From assembly GCF_028641065.1 (NCBI RefSeq), contig NC_073409.1, forward strand, positions 20,212,001-20,276,000: a stretch of DNA of 64,000 nucleotides. The letters run 5' to 3'. The notes below the pieces were generated by a model, which searched no databases, was not told the origin of the DNA, and saw only the letters and a list, made by a program, of their open reading frames with translations. This DNA is from Leucoraja erinacea. Its lineage: Eukaryota. A program made the translations under genes and the position numbers. Shown in pieces: positions 10,953-23,372 of the stretch. Within the stretch, counting starts at the first letter, position 1; the number at the start of each line of letters is the position of its first letter.

Positions 10953-13900
10953 CTAAAATCATGACCACAGGTTATTTTTTTTGTAAACCAGCACTTGCAG
11001 TTCCTTGTTCACAGGTTCATAAGTAATAGGAACAGAATTATGCCATTCGGCCCATCAAATCTACTCCACCATTCAATCATGGCTGATCTATCTTCTCCTC
11101 TCAACCCCATTCTCGTGCCTTCTCCCCATAACCCCTGACAACCGAGACTAATCAAGAATCCGTGCCTTAAAAATACCCAATGACTTGGCCTCCGCAGCCA
11201 TCTGTGGCAATGAATTCCACTGATTCACCATCCTCTGACTAAAGAAATTCCTCCTCATCTCTGGTGAGGCCACGTCTGGAAGATTGTGAGTGGTTTTGGG
11301 CCCCATAATCTGAGGAGGGATGTGCTGGTGTTGGAGGGTCCAGAGATTTACAAGAATAATCCCAGGGATGAATGGGTTAACAGACGAGGTGCGTTTGACG
11401 ACACAGAGCCTGTACTTGCTGGAGTTTAGAAGAATGAGGGATGATCTCGTTGAAACCTACCAGATAATGAGAGGACCAGATAGAGTGGATGTGGAAAGGA
11501 TGTTTCCAGAGTCATGGACCAGAGGGCACAGCCTAAAAGGACATGCCTTTAGAATGGAAATGAGGAGCAATTTCCTTAGCGAAAGGGTGGTGATTCTGTG
11601 AAATACATTGCCACAGAAGGTGTGGAGATCAAGACATTGGGTATTTTTAAAGCGGAGATTGATAGTAAGAGCCTCAATGTTTACGGGGTGAAAGCTGGTG
11701 AACGGGGTTGAGGGAGTAAAATAGATCACTCGTGATCGAATGGTGCAACAGACTCAATGGGCCAAATGGCCTAATTATGCCCCTATGTCATATGGTCTCC
11801 TCCGGTAATTTGTTCCATAAGTGAAAATGTTGCTCCTCAGATTCGTATCAATGTTGGGCGAGTCCAGAACCAGGGGCCACAGTCTTAGAATGAAGGGGAG
11901 GCCATGTAAGACTGAGGTGAGAAAAAACGTTTTCACCCAGAGAATTGTGAATTTGTGGAATTCCCTGACACAGAGGGCAGTGGAGGCCAAATCACTGGAT
12001 GGATTTAAGAGAGAGTTCGATAGAGCTCTAGGGGATGGTGGTATCAAGGGATGTAGGGAGAAGGCAGGCAAGGGTTATTGATTGGGGACAATCAGCCATG
12101 ATCACAATGAATGGCGGTGCTGGCTCAAAAGGGCCGAATGGCCTCCTCCTGCACCTATTTTCTATGTTTCTATGTAACTTGCCCCTCTCACCTTAAACCT
12201 ATGCCCCTGTGATTCTCCTGCCCTGCTGGTTTTGTTAATTATTTATTTTAATCAAACTTTTAGCTGCAAGATTGCACAAGATACCAAAAGAACAAACCCT
12301 CTGATGAATCATAATCCCACCAACATTCCCACTGCTTCATCTTCTTTCACCGGAAGCACCCGTAATGATCTTGTGAACGACTTTATTCTGTGAATTCAAA
12401 TGACTTTCACAATAAACTACCCAATACCAGTTTTTCTAGCGTTTATCCATCGGGCCAATGCTGCAACTTAACTCTTGTAGTGAAACTTTACACCAGCTGC
12501 TTTCTTCTTAATACTTTTCATTTGTCCTGACTCAGTTTATATGCTTCAAATCTCCCCCAGCTCACTTTAGCTTTACATTTGGCTTTAAACTTGTTACTAA
12601 ATTGGTAAAGATGTTCTATATTTTCTTAAAATGTTGCACACTGTTTGCCATGTCTGTGTCCTCTTCAAAGTATTTGGGCGAACTTAACTCTGCTTAAAAA
12701 GCCACGTAGAATTGTACGACTCCATGATTAAAACTGTTGGCACAAGGCAACACGAGATGGCCCATAGAACCTCCAGTCTGTTTAGAAGGTAGAAGGCATT
12801 TATGTTGCAAGATTATTTCACACATATTTATGACTATGATTTATAACATATGATGAGCATTTGAAGACACTGGGCCTTTACTTGCTGGAATTGAGATAGA
12901 ACAAAACCATTTTGTTGCACTGAAAAGTGCAATGACAATAAATTGAATCCAATCCAATGAGGGGGAACCTCAATGAAACTTACCAAATAGTGTACAGCCT
13001 GGATAGAGTGGTTATGGAGAGGATATTTCCACTGGTCGGAGATTCTGTGACCAGAAGCCATAGCCTCAGAATAAAAGGATGTTCCTTTAGAAAGGTGATA
13101 ATGAGGAATTTCTTTAGTCAGAGGGTGGAACTCACTGTCACAGACTGCTGTGGAGGCCGTCAATTGATATTTTTAAGGCGCGGATTGGCACATTCCTGAT
13201 TAGTAAGGGTGTCAGGGGTTACGGGGAGAATGCAGGAGAATGGGGCTGAGAGGAAAGATAGATCAGCCATGATTGAATGGCAGAGTAAACTTGATGGACT
13301 AAATGGCCTAATTCTGCTCCTAGATCTTATGAACTTAGAACCAACTACAAGAATTACCAAACCACACAAGTAGGTGTATGCTACATTTTTTTTTATCTGC
13401 ATTCACTATGCAGATTTCTAGCAGCGGATCCTGAAAGAGGTAGCATACAAGATTTGAGAGTCAAAGGTTTAATTTACCAATAAAATATGGACTTTAATTC
13501 CTAATCAGTAATTATTGCGCATATGTCCTTTTCCTGTATCATTCCTGATAACTTTTAGTACATTTTCTTTGAGTTGGGGAGGGTAAAATGGGTGCTGTGG
13601 CTCCATTCAGTCTGGAGGGGTGGACCAATTAACTTCAACGATTAATCTTTTGGCAAGGAAGCATTGCATGGCAAGGAATCCTCAGATTGTTATGGGAATG
13701 CTCATGGGGCAGGAGGTAAATGTGTCATTCACAAGCTCTGAGATCATATCACTATCTCAAAAATTGATCTTTAGATTTTGGTTTATTATTGTCACGTGTA
13801 CCGAGATACGGTGAAAAAGATTGTTTTATATGCGGTCCAATCAGATCAGATAATACGCTACATAAAAATAATCAAACTCAAATAAAACATGTAGAGCAAA

Positions 13901-14759
13901 GGGGAAGGTGCAGAATATAGTCTCAGCATTGTAGCGCAACTGTTCCATAGGCAAAGTCAATTGTCTGCAATGGGGTAGAGGTGAATAGAGCATTACCCTA
14001 GCTTATGGAAGAAGTATTCAGCAGCCTGATAAGAGGGGAAGAACCTGTTCCTGGTGGTGCGCACTTTCAAGCTTCTGTACATTTGCCCAGTGGGTTGCAG
14101 ATAGGAGGAGGAATGACTGGGGTGGGACAAGTCTTTGATTATGATGGCTGCTTTCCGAGGCATGTGAAATGTACAGTCAATAGTGGGGAGTCAGGTCTGT
14201 GCAATGAATTACAACTACGATTTCTTACTATAATTTTGAAAATGGTCATTATGGGATACAGGCAAGAGCCAGAAGTTTACGCGAATCCCTTGAAATAATT
14301 CAAACCCCATTCAAACAGGCTTCTGGATAGGAAAGATTTTGGGAAAAATAAATCAAATATAGGCAAATGGGACTAATTTAGATGGGCATCTTGGAGAACA
14401 TAGATCAGTTTGGCCATAAGGCCTGTTACTGAGATGTACGAATCTGACTATTTATATCCATGATATGTTAGCTCACTAAAGTGCCAATTAACTTCAGCTT
14501 TTCATTTGCATTCTCCACCTCTTTAAATCTTTCACCAGTGAAGCAAGTTATTTTGTCCATTTATTTCATACGCTTAAAACAAAATCTGCTCCATGATTTA
14601 TCTCCTATCAGAAAGAAAATAAATCCTTCTTCATTAACCTTTTGTTGGTGCAAAGTACTCATTGTGTGAAAGTAGAATGAACTTCATGTGCTATATGACA
14701 GTGTAAATGTTTACATCCTACCTGCAGAAGTAGAATTTCTACTCATGATATAATTACAT

Positions 14760-15366
14760 CACAAGTTCATAAATTCATAACACATAGGAGCGGAAATAGG
14801 CCATTCGGCCCATTGACCGCCATTCACTCATGGGTGATCTATCTTTCCCTCAACTCAATTTTCCTGCTTTCTTCTCGTAACCTTTGTCACCCAAACTAAT
14901 TAAGAGCGTGTCAATTTCCTCTTAAAAAATATCCAAATACTTGGCCTCCACAGCCATCTCTATGGCAGTGAATTCCACAGATTCGCCACCAACAGGCTAA
15001 AGAAGTTCCTCTTCACCTCCATTCTAAAGGTACGTCCTTTTATTCTGAAGCTGTGCCCTCTGCTCCTGGACTCTCCCACTCATGGAAACATCCTCTCCAC
15101 GTCCACTCAATCCAGGCCTGTTATTCAAAAAGTTAAAATGAGATCCCCCCCCCCCCCCACCCCCTCATCCTAAACACCAGCGAGTACAGGCTCAGAGCAG
15201 TCAAACAGTCGTCATACGTTGTTGACCCAATCATCACCAGAATCATTCTCGTAAGCCTTCTCTGGGCCTTTGTAAACTCTAGCCCATCCCTCCTCAGATA
15301 TGGGGCCCAAAATTGTTCACAATACCCCAAATGTGGTCTGACCAGTGCCTTATTGAGCGTCAACAT
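14760..15366 (-). mobile_element. CR1 LINE 3' fragment interrupted by the Tc1 element
   Basis: LVRPHLGYCEQFWAPYLR; Tc1 sits at the TA in caacatTAcatccc. Confidence 0.85.
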
Positions 15367-15368
15367 TA

Positions 15369-16994
15369 CAGTGCCCTCCATAATGTTTGGGACAAAGACC
15401 CATCATGTATTTATTTGCCTCTATACTCCACAATTTGAGATTTGTAATAGAAAAAAAAATCACCTGGTTAAAATACACATTGTCAGATTTTAATAAAGGC
15501 CATTTTTACACATTTTGGTTTCACCGTGTAGAAATTACAGCAGTGTTTATATATATATAGCCCCCCCCCCCCCATTTCAGGGCGCCATAATGTTTGGGAC
15601 ATAGCAATATCGTGTAAATGAAAGCAGTCATGTTTAGTATTTTGTTGCATATCCTTTGCATGCAATGACTGCTTGAAGTCTGCAATTCATGGACATCACC
15701 AGTTGCTGGGTGTCTTCTCTGGTGATGCTCTACCAGGCCTGTATTGCAGCCATCTTTAGCTTATGCTTGTTCCCCTTCAATTTTCTCTTCAGCATTCAAA
15801 AGGCATGCTCAATTGGGTTCAGATCGGGTGATTGACTTGGCCACTGACAAATTTAAAACCCCCTTTGAAAACCCCCTTTGTTGCTTTAGCAGTATGTTTG
15901 GGATCATTGCCTTGCTGCAGAATGAACCACTGGCCAATGAGTTTTGAGGAAATGGTTTGAACTTGAGCAGATAGGATGTGTCTATGCACTTCAGAATTCA
16001 TTATGCTACTACCATCAGCAGTTGTATCATCAATGAAGATAAGTGAGTCAGTACCTTCAGCAGCCAAACATGCCCAGGCCATAACACCCCCCCACCATTG
16101 TGTTTCACAGATGATCTGGTATGCTTTGGATCTTGGGCAGTTCCTTCTCTCCTCTATACTTTGATCTTGCCATCACTCTGATATAAGTTAATCTTCGTCT
16201 CATCTGTCCACAAGACCTTTTTCCACAACTGTGGTTGCTCTTTTAAGTACTTCTTGGCAAATTGTAACCCGGCCATACTATTTTTGCGGCTAACCAAAAG
16301 ATCTTGCAGTAGCCTCTGTATTTCTGTTCCTGAAGTCTTCTGAGGACAGTGGCCATTGACAAATCCATACCTGATTCCTAGAGTGTTTCTGATCTGTCAG
16401 ACAGGTGTTTGGGAATTTTTGTTTATTATAGAGAGAATTCTTCTGTCATCAGCTGTGGAGGTCTTCATTGGCCTGCCAGTCCCTTTGCGATTAGTAGGCT
16501 CATCAGTGCTCTCTTTCTTCTTGATGATGTTCCAAGCAGTTGATTTTGGTAAACCGAAGGTTTGGCTGATGTCTCTAATGGTTTTAATCTTGTTTCTCAG
16601 TCACATAATGGCTTCTTTGACTTTCATTGGCACAACTTTGGTCCTCATATTGATATAAACGTTTCCAAAGGTGATGGAAAGACTGGAGGAAAGAATAGGT
16701 GCTGAGATATACCTTGCATTACGGAGGCAATTAAACACACCTGAGCAATTACATACACCTGGGAAGCCATGTGTCCCAAACATTATGGTGCCCAGAAATG
16801 GGGGGACTATGTATAAACACAGCTGTAATTTCTACAAGGTGAAACCAAAATGTATAAAAATACCCTTGTATAAAATCTGACAATGTGCGGTTTAACCACA
16901 TGTAATTTTTTTCTATTACAAATCTCCAATTGTGGAGTACAGAGGCAAATAAATAAATGATGGGTCTTTGTCCCAAACATTATGGAGGGCACTG
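15369..16994 (-). mobile_element. Tc1/mariner DNA transposon, IR/DR type, decayed transposase (about 16648-15634)
   Basis: TA|CAGTGCCCTCC...GGAGGGCACTG|TA; about 230-bp TIRs each with two CCATAATGTTTGGGACA-type direct repeats; transposase remnants GRP, QQGNDPKHTAK, C-terminal GYATKY*. Confidence 0.95.
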
Positions 16995-17183
16995 TACATC
17001 CCTACATTTACATCAGGATACCAAACACTACCACGTTGCTGAGCCCATGGGTCTGTTTTCATGCTTAAAAGCTTTGCATTTTTTATGGGCCGTGGGAGCA
17101 GGGTTTGGTGAATAATTACTGCTGAATACATTTCAAATATGAACATTTCTTAGCTGTAAACTATCGTGCTTTTCATAAGTTAC

Positions 17184-17314
17184 CTCAAGCATCAGCAAAC
17201 CAATCATGTCTGTTGCTATATCTGATTGAAGGTCTCCTGATTCAACCAGCTGCATGCAGTGTTTATAAACAAAAAGCCTGCAAGCAGCTCCTTCATGTTT
17301 AGAACAAGGGGAAC
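17184..17314 (-). CDS. FANCI: FANCI coding exon 3 ([44 protein letters not shown])
   Basis: 131 nt, AG/GT boundaries, phase-consistent; [21 protein letters not shown] conserved in FANCI. Confidence 0.95.
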
Positions 17315-17849
17315 CTATCGAAGAAAAATAAAAGGTCGTAGTTTAGTTTATTATTGTCACATGTATCGGGGTACAGTGGAAAGCTTTTGTTTGCGTGCTA
17401 TCCAGTCAAGCATCCACATATAAAGGATAAGGGGTGCAATATATAACATTGAAGTCTGATAAAGTCCAATTAACGATGGTTCAAAGATCACCAAAGAGGT
17501 AAATGGGAGGTCAGGACCACACTTGTTCTGAGGACTGTTCAGTTGCCAGATAACAGCAGGGAAAAAATTGTTCCTGAATCTGGAGGTAACCGTTTTCAAA
17601 CTTCTGTACATCTTGCCTGAAGGTAGATGGGAGAATGGGAAGTGACTGGGATGAGACCGGTCCTTGATTATGGTGGTTGCCTTGTTGAGGCAGAGTGGTG
17701 TAGATGGCGTCAATAGTTATTCAGCATTATGACATTTTAATTAATTAATTAAGATCTAAGAATCAAACGGTCGGAATGAATGAGACCATGATTCAAATTT
17801 AGTTTTCTTTATTACATGGAACCATAGAATACAGTGTTACAGCACTGGA

Positions 17850-18530
17850 AGTCATTGCTATGAGAGGCTAGTTATGGAACGCATTAAATCCAGTTTATCA
17901 AGCAGCTTTGACCCGCTGAAGTTCACCCGCCGCCAAAATAGGTCCACGGATAATGCTTTCTCCCTGGCCCTACATTCATCTCTGGAACACCTGATAAGAG
18001 AGACACCTTCATCAGACTTCTATTCATAGACTACAGCTCTGCCTTTAACACCATTAATCCTATTCAAGATCATCACCAAATTCAGGGGACTTGGTGTCAG
18101 TACTCATCTCTGCAACTGGATCCTCAACTTCCTGACCAACAGACCACAATCAGTGACGATAGGGGACAAATCATCATCAACAATAAGAAGTTGCAGAGAC
18201 TTGTGGACATAGCCCAGAACATCACACAAACCAATCTCCCTTCCATTTATTCCATTCACACCTCACACTGCCTTGGCAGTGTCAACCAACATAATGAAGA
18301 AAGAGTCGCACCATGGCCACTCCCTCTTCTCCCCTCCCACAGCAGGGCAAAAGGGAGAGGCGTGTGGAAATTCAGGGACAGGTTCAACCCAGCTGTTATC
18401 AGGCAACAAACTAAACCATCCTACCAACAACTAGAGAGCAGTTCTGAACTATTATCTACCTTATCGGAGAACCTCAGACTATCTTTGATCGGACTTTACT
18501 GGTTTTATCTAGCATTAAATGTCATTCACA
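17850..18530 (+). mobile_element. Rex1-like LINE fragment (inverted related piece at about 17340-17713)
   Basis: Degenerate RT ([18 protein letters not shown]) and 3' region. Confidence 0.7.
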
Positions 18531-18716
18531 TTATTCCTTTTTATCATGTAATTGAAGCAGGGAACATTCCAACATTTAAGAAAGTTAGACAGGTACATGG
18601 ATAGGACTGGTTTGGTGGGATTTGGACTAAACGCAGGCAGGTGGGACTAGTGAAGCTGGGACATGTTGGCAAGTTGGGCTGAGGGGCCTGTTCCCACACT
18701 GTATCACACGGCCTCG

Positions 18717-19050
18717 TTGGCGGTGAAGCCTCGCTGCGGCGGCGATGCCTCACGGGTCGACGGTCATGGGGGAACCGCCATAAAGGGGAAGGGGAAGAAC
18801 AATGGAGGACCCGGCGTGGGTGGACTGTCGTGAGTGGGAGAACAATGGACAATAGAGGTAGGGTGGGTGGGGTAAAGGACAATGGGGAGCCAGCATGGGG
18901 GAACTGCTGGGGGGGAGGAGGGGGGTGACAAAAGGGGAAGTTTTGTAACTTTGTCAGTGCCGTAGGTGGCTGCTATTTGTATAAATTGTGTATGCAAGCA
19001 AAGCATCTTACTGTGCCTAATCACATGTGACAATAAAGTATTCCTATTCC
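18717..19050 (+). mobile_element. Short GC/purine-rich SINE-like element; related inverted copy at about 25056-25390
   Basis: Shared GAACAATGG..GACCC.GCGTGGG core and TGTGACAATA..(CTATT) tail. Confidence 0.55.
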
Positions 19051-19588
19051 TAAAAGTCTATGTATCTGTACATTCAACAACTCTGGACAGCCTCGATTGT
19101 AATCATGTATTGTCAGTCCGCTCACTGGTTAGCATGCAACAAACGCTTTACACTATCTCAGTGCATGTGAGAATGAATTAAATTAACATACCTTGCTAAC
19201 TAGCTTGATTCGATTTTTAAGTAAAAAGAGTATGAAAAATCGGAACAGCACAATTTTGAAATGAGGGGGAAAAACAGTGCTAGGCAAAGAGACATTTCAG
19301 GTAACATTGTTTGTAAAGATTATTTTAGCTGTATGAAGTAATTTATTTCGTGAAATAACCTCACCCACACTGGTGCTCATGGGGACAATGATCTATACAG
19401 TAATGACAAAACATTGGGACCAGTTATACAGGTTTACTATCCAAGATAGGCCTAGCTTGACTGAATCTGTCATGTTCAAACTATATTAATGCATTTATAT
19501 GGCTGAAAACAAGCATCAACATTTTATTAGCCATATGCAGTAAACAGATTTATGTCAATCAATCTATCACAGACTGGGAGGGACCAAC

Positions 19589-19661
19589 CTTTAAAAATAG
19601 CTCTGACAAGCATTCCAATATCCTTCCCTTTCAAAGCATGTGTTGTTATCAAAGCGCCAAT
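19589..19661 (-). CDS. FANCI: FANCI coding exon 2 (IGALITTHALKGKDIGMLVRAIFK-G)
   Basis: 73 nt, tttcag acceptor and G|gttggt donor; similar to human ..KGKVAGALLRAIFKG. Confidence 0.93.
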
Positions 19662-20138
19662 CTGAAACAAACGCAGAAAGTAAATTTTGATTAAATATCT
19701 ACAGGTTAAGGATTATATTATTGGAGCTTATGCTATATGCCATATCATTCGTAAATTCATAAAACCAGTCATAAGAAGTGTGCCGAAAAAAATCGTCAGC
19801 TATTCATGTTCTCTAGAGATGCTGCCTGAACTGCTGGCTTACTCCAGCAATTTGTGACAATTTTGTAAACCTTGTTTCTATATTCATAAAATAATTCTCA
19901 TTACAATCTCGCTTCAAATAGTTATACCAAAGCACGTAAGTATGTGTTGGAATGAAGTGATAGCAAAGTATTTAATCTATAATTAGTGGTTTTGGAGGAG
20001 AAAATAAAGCACAATATTTGTATCGATGAAATGTTTATTTAATTGCAACATTTACAAGACTTGACAGAAAAACATTAATCTTAATATAAAAATATTTTTA
20101 TCACATTACTGATTTGAGAAATTGTGACAACTCATTAC

Positions 20139-20222
20139 CTCATTCTCTTTCATCTGTTGCAGGCATTGCTGCAATCCCTCTGTATCTTCACCTGCAGCCA
20201 AATACAGAATCTTCTGATCCAT
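20139..20222 (-). CDS. FANCI: FANCI first coding exon (MDQKILYLAAGEDTEGLQQCLQQMKENE); exon incl. 5'UTR 20139-20244
   Basis: ATG at 20222; matches vertebrate FANCI N-terminus MDQKIL.LAA; 84 coding nt; acceptor tttcag before 20244, donor GAG|gtaatg. Confidence 0.95.
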
Positions 20223-21780
20223 CCCTTCTCACTTACAAGCGATACTGAAATTATTGAATGTTACCTTTACAAAAAAAAAAGTATTTTGTGAACATGTTGT
20301 TTTACAGAATGTCCCAAATATCACCAAAATATCTCAGCTGCATTCACTTCCAGTAAGCCACGACAACACAAAACATCCTTTTAGAAACTTAGAAAAATAG
20401 GTGCAGGAGTAGGCCATTCAGTTCATCGAGCCAGCACCGCCATTCATGGCTGATCATCTAAAATTGCACAATACTCCAGGTGCAGCCTCACCAGGGCCTT
20501 GTACAACTGCAGTAGGACCTCCTTGCTCCTAAACTCAAATCCTCTCGCAATGAAGGCCAACATGCCATTAGCTTTCTTCACTGCCTGCTGTGCCTGCATG
20601 CTTATTTGCGAATGACAAGATGAAATACTAGATCGAAGATAGACACAAATAGCTGGAGTAACTCAGCAGGTCAGGCAGCATCTCTGGAGAAAAGGAATAG
20701 GTGAAGTTTTGGGTCGAGACCCTTTTTCACTCGCCAATTGGTCAGAATATAAATCAAGAATTTGGACCACAAGAGGGACACTAGTACAGAATTTAGGAGT
20801 AGTTTGTAAGGAACTGCAGATGCTGGTTTACACCAAAGATAAGACACAAAAAACTGGAGTGACTCAGCAGGTCAGGCAACATCTCTGGAGAAAAGGTATA
20901 GGTGACGTTTCCGGTCGAGACCTATCTTCAGGCAGTCAGGGAGGAGGAAACTTGCCAACATAGAAAATAGGTGCAGGAGTAGGCCATTCGGCCCTTTGAG
21001 CCTGCACTGCCATTCGATATGATCATGGCTGATCATCCAACTCAGTATCCCGTACCTGCCTTCTCTCCATACCCCCTGACCCCTTTAGCCACAAGGGCCA
21101 CATCCAACTCCCTCTTAAATATAGCCAATGAACTGGCCTCAACTACCTTCTGTGGCAGAGAATTCCACAGATTCACCACTCTCTGTGTGAAAAATGTTTT
21201 CCTCATCTCGGTCCTAAAGGATTTCCCCCTTATCCTTAAACTGTGACCCCTTGTTCTGGTGATGTGTTCATGTGAAGTCTACACTATAAGGGTTGCTGTC
21301 TTATATTTACAATAGATCAAATTTTGCTCTACTTGCTCTCTTTATTTATTTGAAGGAAGGAACACTTCAATGAGGTGTTAACATCATATAACATTATACA
21401 TTGACAAGATAGTGCAGGTCATCTACATCTTTAGCATTAAGAGTAATATAAAAAACCATGTTAGTAATATGATGTTATTATTAATATAATTACTAACATG
21501 ATGTTAGTAATTGGGGGATTTCGCAGGAATTCAAAGTATATAACTCAAAATAGTTCAAATTATAATTTCTGAAGAAGGGTCTCGACCCGAAACACAAGTA
21601 TTCCTTCTCTCCAGAGATGCTGCCTGACCCACTGAGTTACTCCAGCATTTTGTGTCTATTATAACGTAATCTGCAACTATTTCTATGAATACTACTTACA
21701 TAAATAAATGAGTTTGAATGATTCAAACACCCGTGAGGAAGAACAGATTTTTGAATTCTGATGTGACTAGAAGCATTAAC

Positions 21781-22330
21781 CTGCTCGGTGCTGTATTTCA
21801 TGTGTGGTTTCAATGTCATTCAGCGCCTCAGCGCTGCTGGTGTCGCCTTCACCGCCGCCATCGCCTTCCCGCGCAAACCCCCCGCCGCCCCATTGGCCAG
21901 CGCCCAACGCCCCCGCCGCCCCATTGGCCAGCGCCCAACATGGCTTTCTCCCCATTGGTCAGAGCACAACGACCCCTCACTTCCCATTGGCCCCCGCTCC
22001 ACGGCCCCAGCATTCCCATTAGTCGCCGTCCCACGGTACTCTCTCCCCATTGGCTGTCGCCCCCAATCTTCCTATTCGCCGCAACTTTCTGCCGTCCCAT
22101 TGGCCGCAGCCCCACGTCGACCTGCTTTCCCATTGGCCAGCGCCTCACAGAAAATCACAATGAGCAACCGCTGCCCGCACGCCGCACGTTCATTGGTCCA
22201 GCGCCAGCCGCGGCCGGCGGCCGCTGATTAGCTCCCGGCCAGCCCCGCCCCCAACCCCTCGCTGGGTGTAGCTGTCAGTCACCCCCGTGCCTAGTGACGG
22301 GCTGTCCGGGCCATGCAGCCCCACTGCAAG
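21781..22330 (-). promoter_or_regulatory. FANCI: FANCI CpG-rich promoter with CCAAT (NF-Y) array, E2F-like site and probable non-coding exon 1
   Basis: CpG-rich segment about 1.5 kb upstream of the ATG exon; ATTGG at 21892, 21923, 21954, 21986, 22049, 22099, 22132, 22192; TTTGCGCGGGAA on the minus strand at about 21866-21877; candidate donor CAG|gttaat at 21781 (exon 1 is inferred). Confidence 0.75.
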
Positions 22331-22688
22331 TAGTGAATGCGTGTCATTCAATAAAACTGCAACCCAACCCCAACTAACAGATTTACACCTCAATGACACT
22401 CTGCAATGAATTTAAAATTCCCTGGCATGATTTTAAAATGCATGCCAGGAAAAAAAAAAGGATTTAAACGTTACTTCAATGGTACTTCATTGTTACCTGC
22501 AGTACAGACACAAGTTCACAATCAGCGCAATGTCCGGGCTATAATGAATGAATGAATGAATGAATCTGATTCCAGGTCCCTCAGCTCTCATGTTGTGCTG
22601 GCTGAAATGGATGGACCACATCGAAAAGAGGTGCAAAACATGGGTTTGGGAGATATTCCTATCACTAAAAGTCAGGGCACATTTCATC

Positions 22689-22761
22689 GGGCCAGTGGCG
22701 CAATGGATAACGCGTCTGACTACGGATCAGAAGATTCCAGGTTCGACTCCTGGCTGGCTCG
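22689..22761 (+). tRNA. tRNA-Arg(ACG)
   Basis: 73-nt GGGCCAGTGGCGCAATGGATAACGCGTCTGACTACGGATCAGAAGATTCCAGGTTCGACTCCTGGCTGGCTCG; canonical vertebrate Arg-ACG sequence, intact A and B boxes, T-runs downstream (22766, 22780). Confidence 0.97.
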
Positions 22762-23291
22762 AAACTTTTGTTACAATCAGTTTTTTTCCTCACTCAATGT
22801 ACTTTTCCATTTTCTACCGCTGTTCTATTACCGTTATGTTTTACAAGCTCTTTTACATTTATGTAATTGGTTGTAATTTCTGTTAGGTGACATAATTTAA
22901 TATTTGTGGACTAAGATCCAATAAACTAGCATCTCATAAAGTCACAAGGTCATAAGTGAGAGGAGTGGAATTAGGCCATTAGGCCCATCAAGTCTACTCC
23001 ACCATTCAATCATGGATGATCGATCTCTTCCTCATGACCCCATTCTCCTGCCTTCTCCCCACAACCTCTAACACCTAGTGTTCCTTGTTTCTACATTGTG
23101 TCCAATAATGTAATGCCTGGGCAAATTACCCATTATGTTTGCTGAAAAGTGTCCTTCAGAAACATATGTGTATTTTTGTTTGAGAATGATAACAATGCAT
23201 TTTCTAGATGATACTTAACTTGGCATCATGTTTGGCACAGACATTGTGGGCCGAAGGGCCTGTTCCTGTGCTGTACTGTTCTACATTATTA

Positions 23292-23372
23292 TATTATAGA
23301 ACCTGCAAACTCCACACATTGCTTGTTGTGCTACACAACAAGCAATGTGTGGAGTTTGCAGGTTCTATAATA
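23292..23372. repeat. Perfect inverted repeat, 39-bp arms, 3-nt loop
   Basis: 23292-23330 is the exact reverse complement of 23334-23372. Confidence 0.95.

Noticed and set aside
21880-22200. Regularly spaced short repeats with variable spacers (CRISPR-like look)
   Set aside because: Repeat is only about 8 bp, the context is vertebrate and there are no cas genes; explained as CCAAT boxes
21718-22231. Pro-rich ORFs with repeated PHW/PIG motifs
   Set aside because: Translations of the CCCATTGG promoter array; 31-32 bp spacing is not codon-phased
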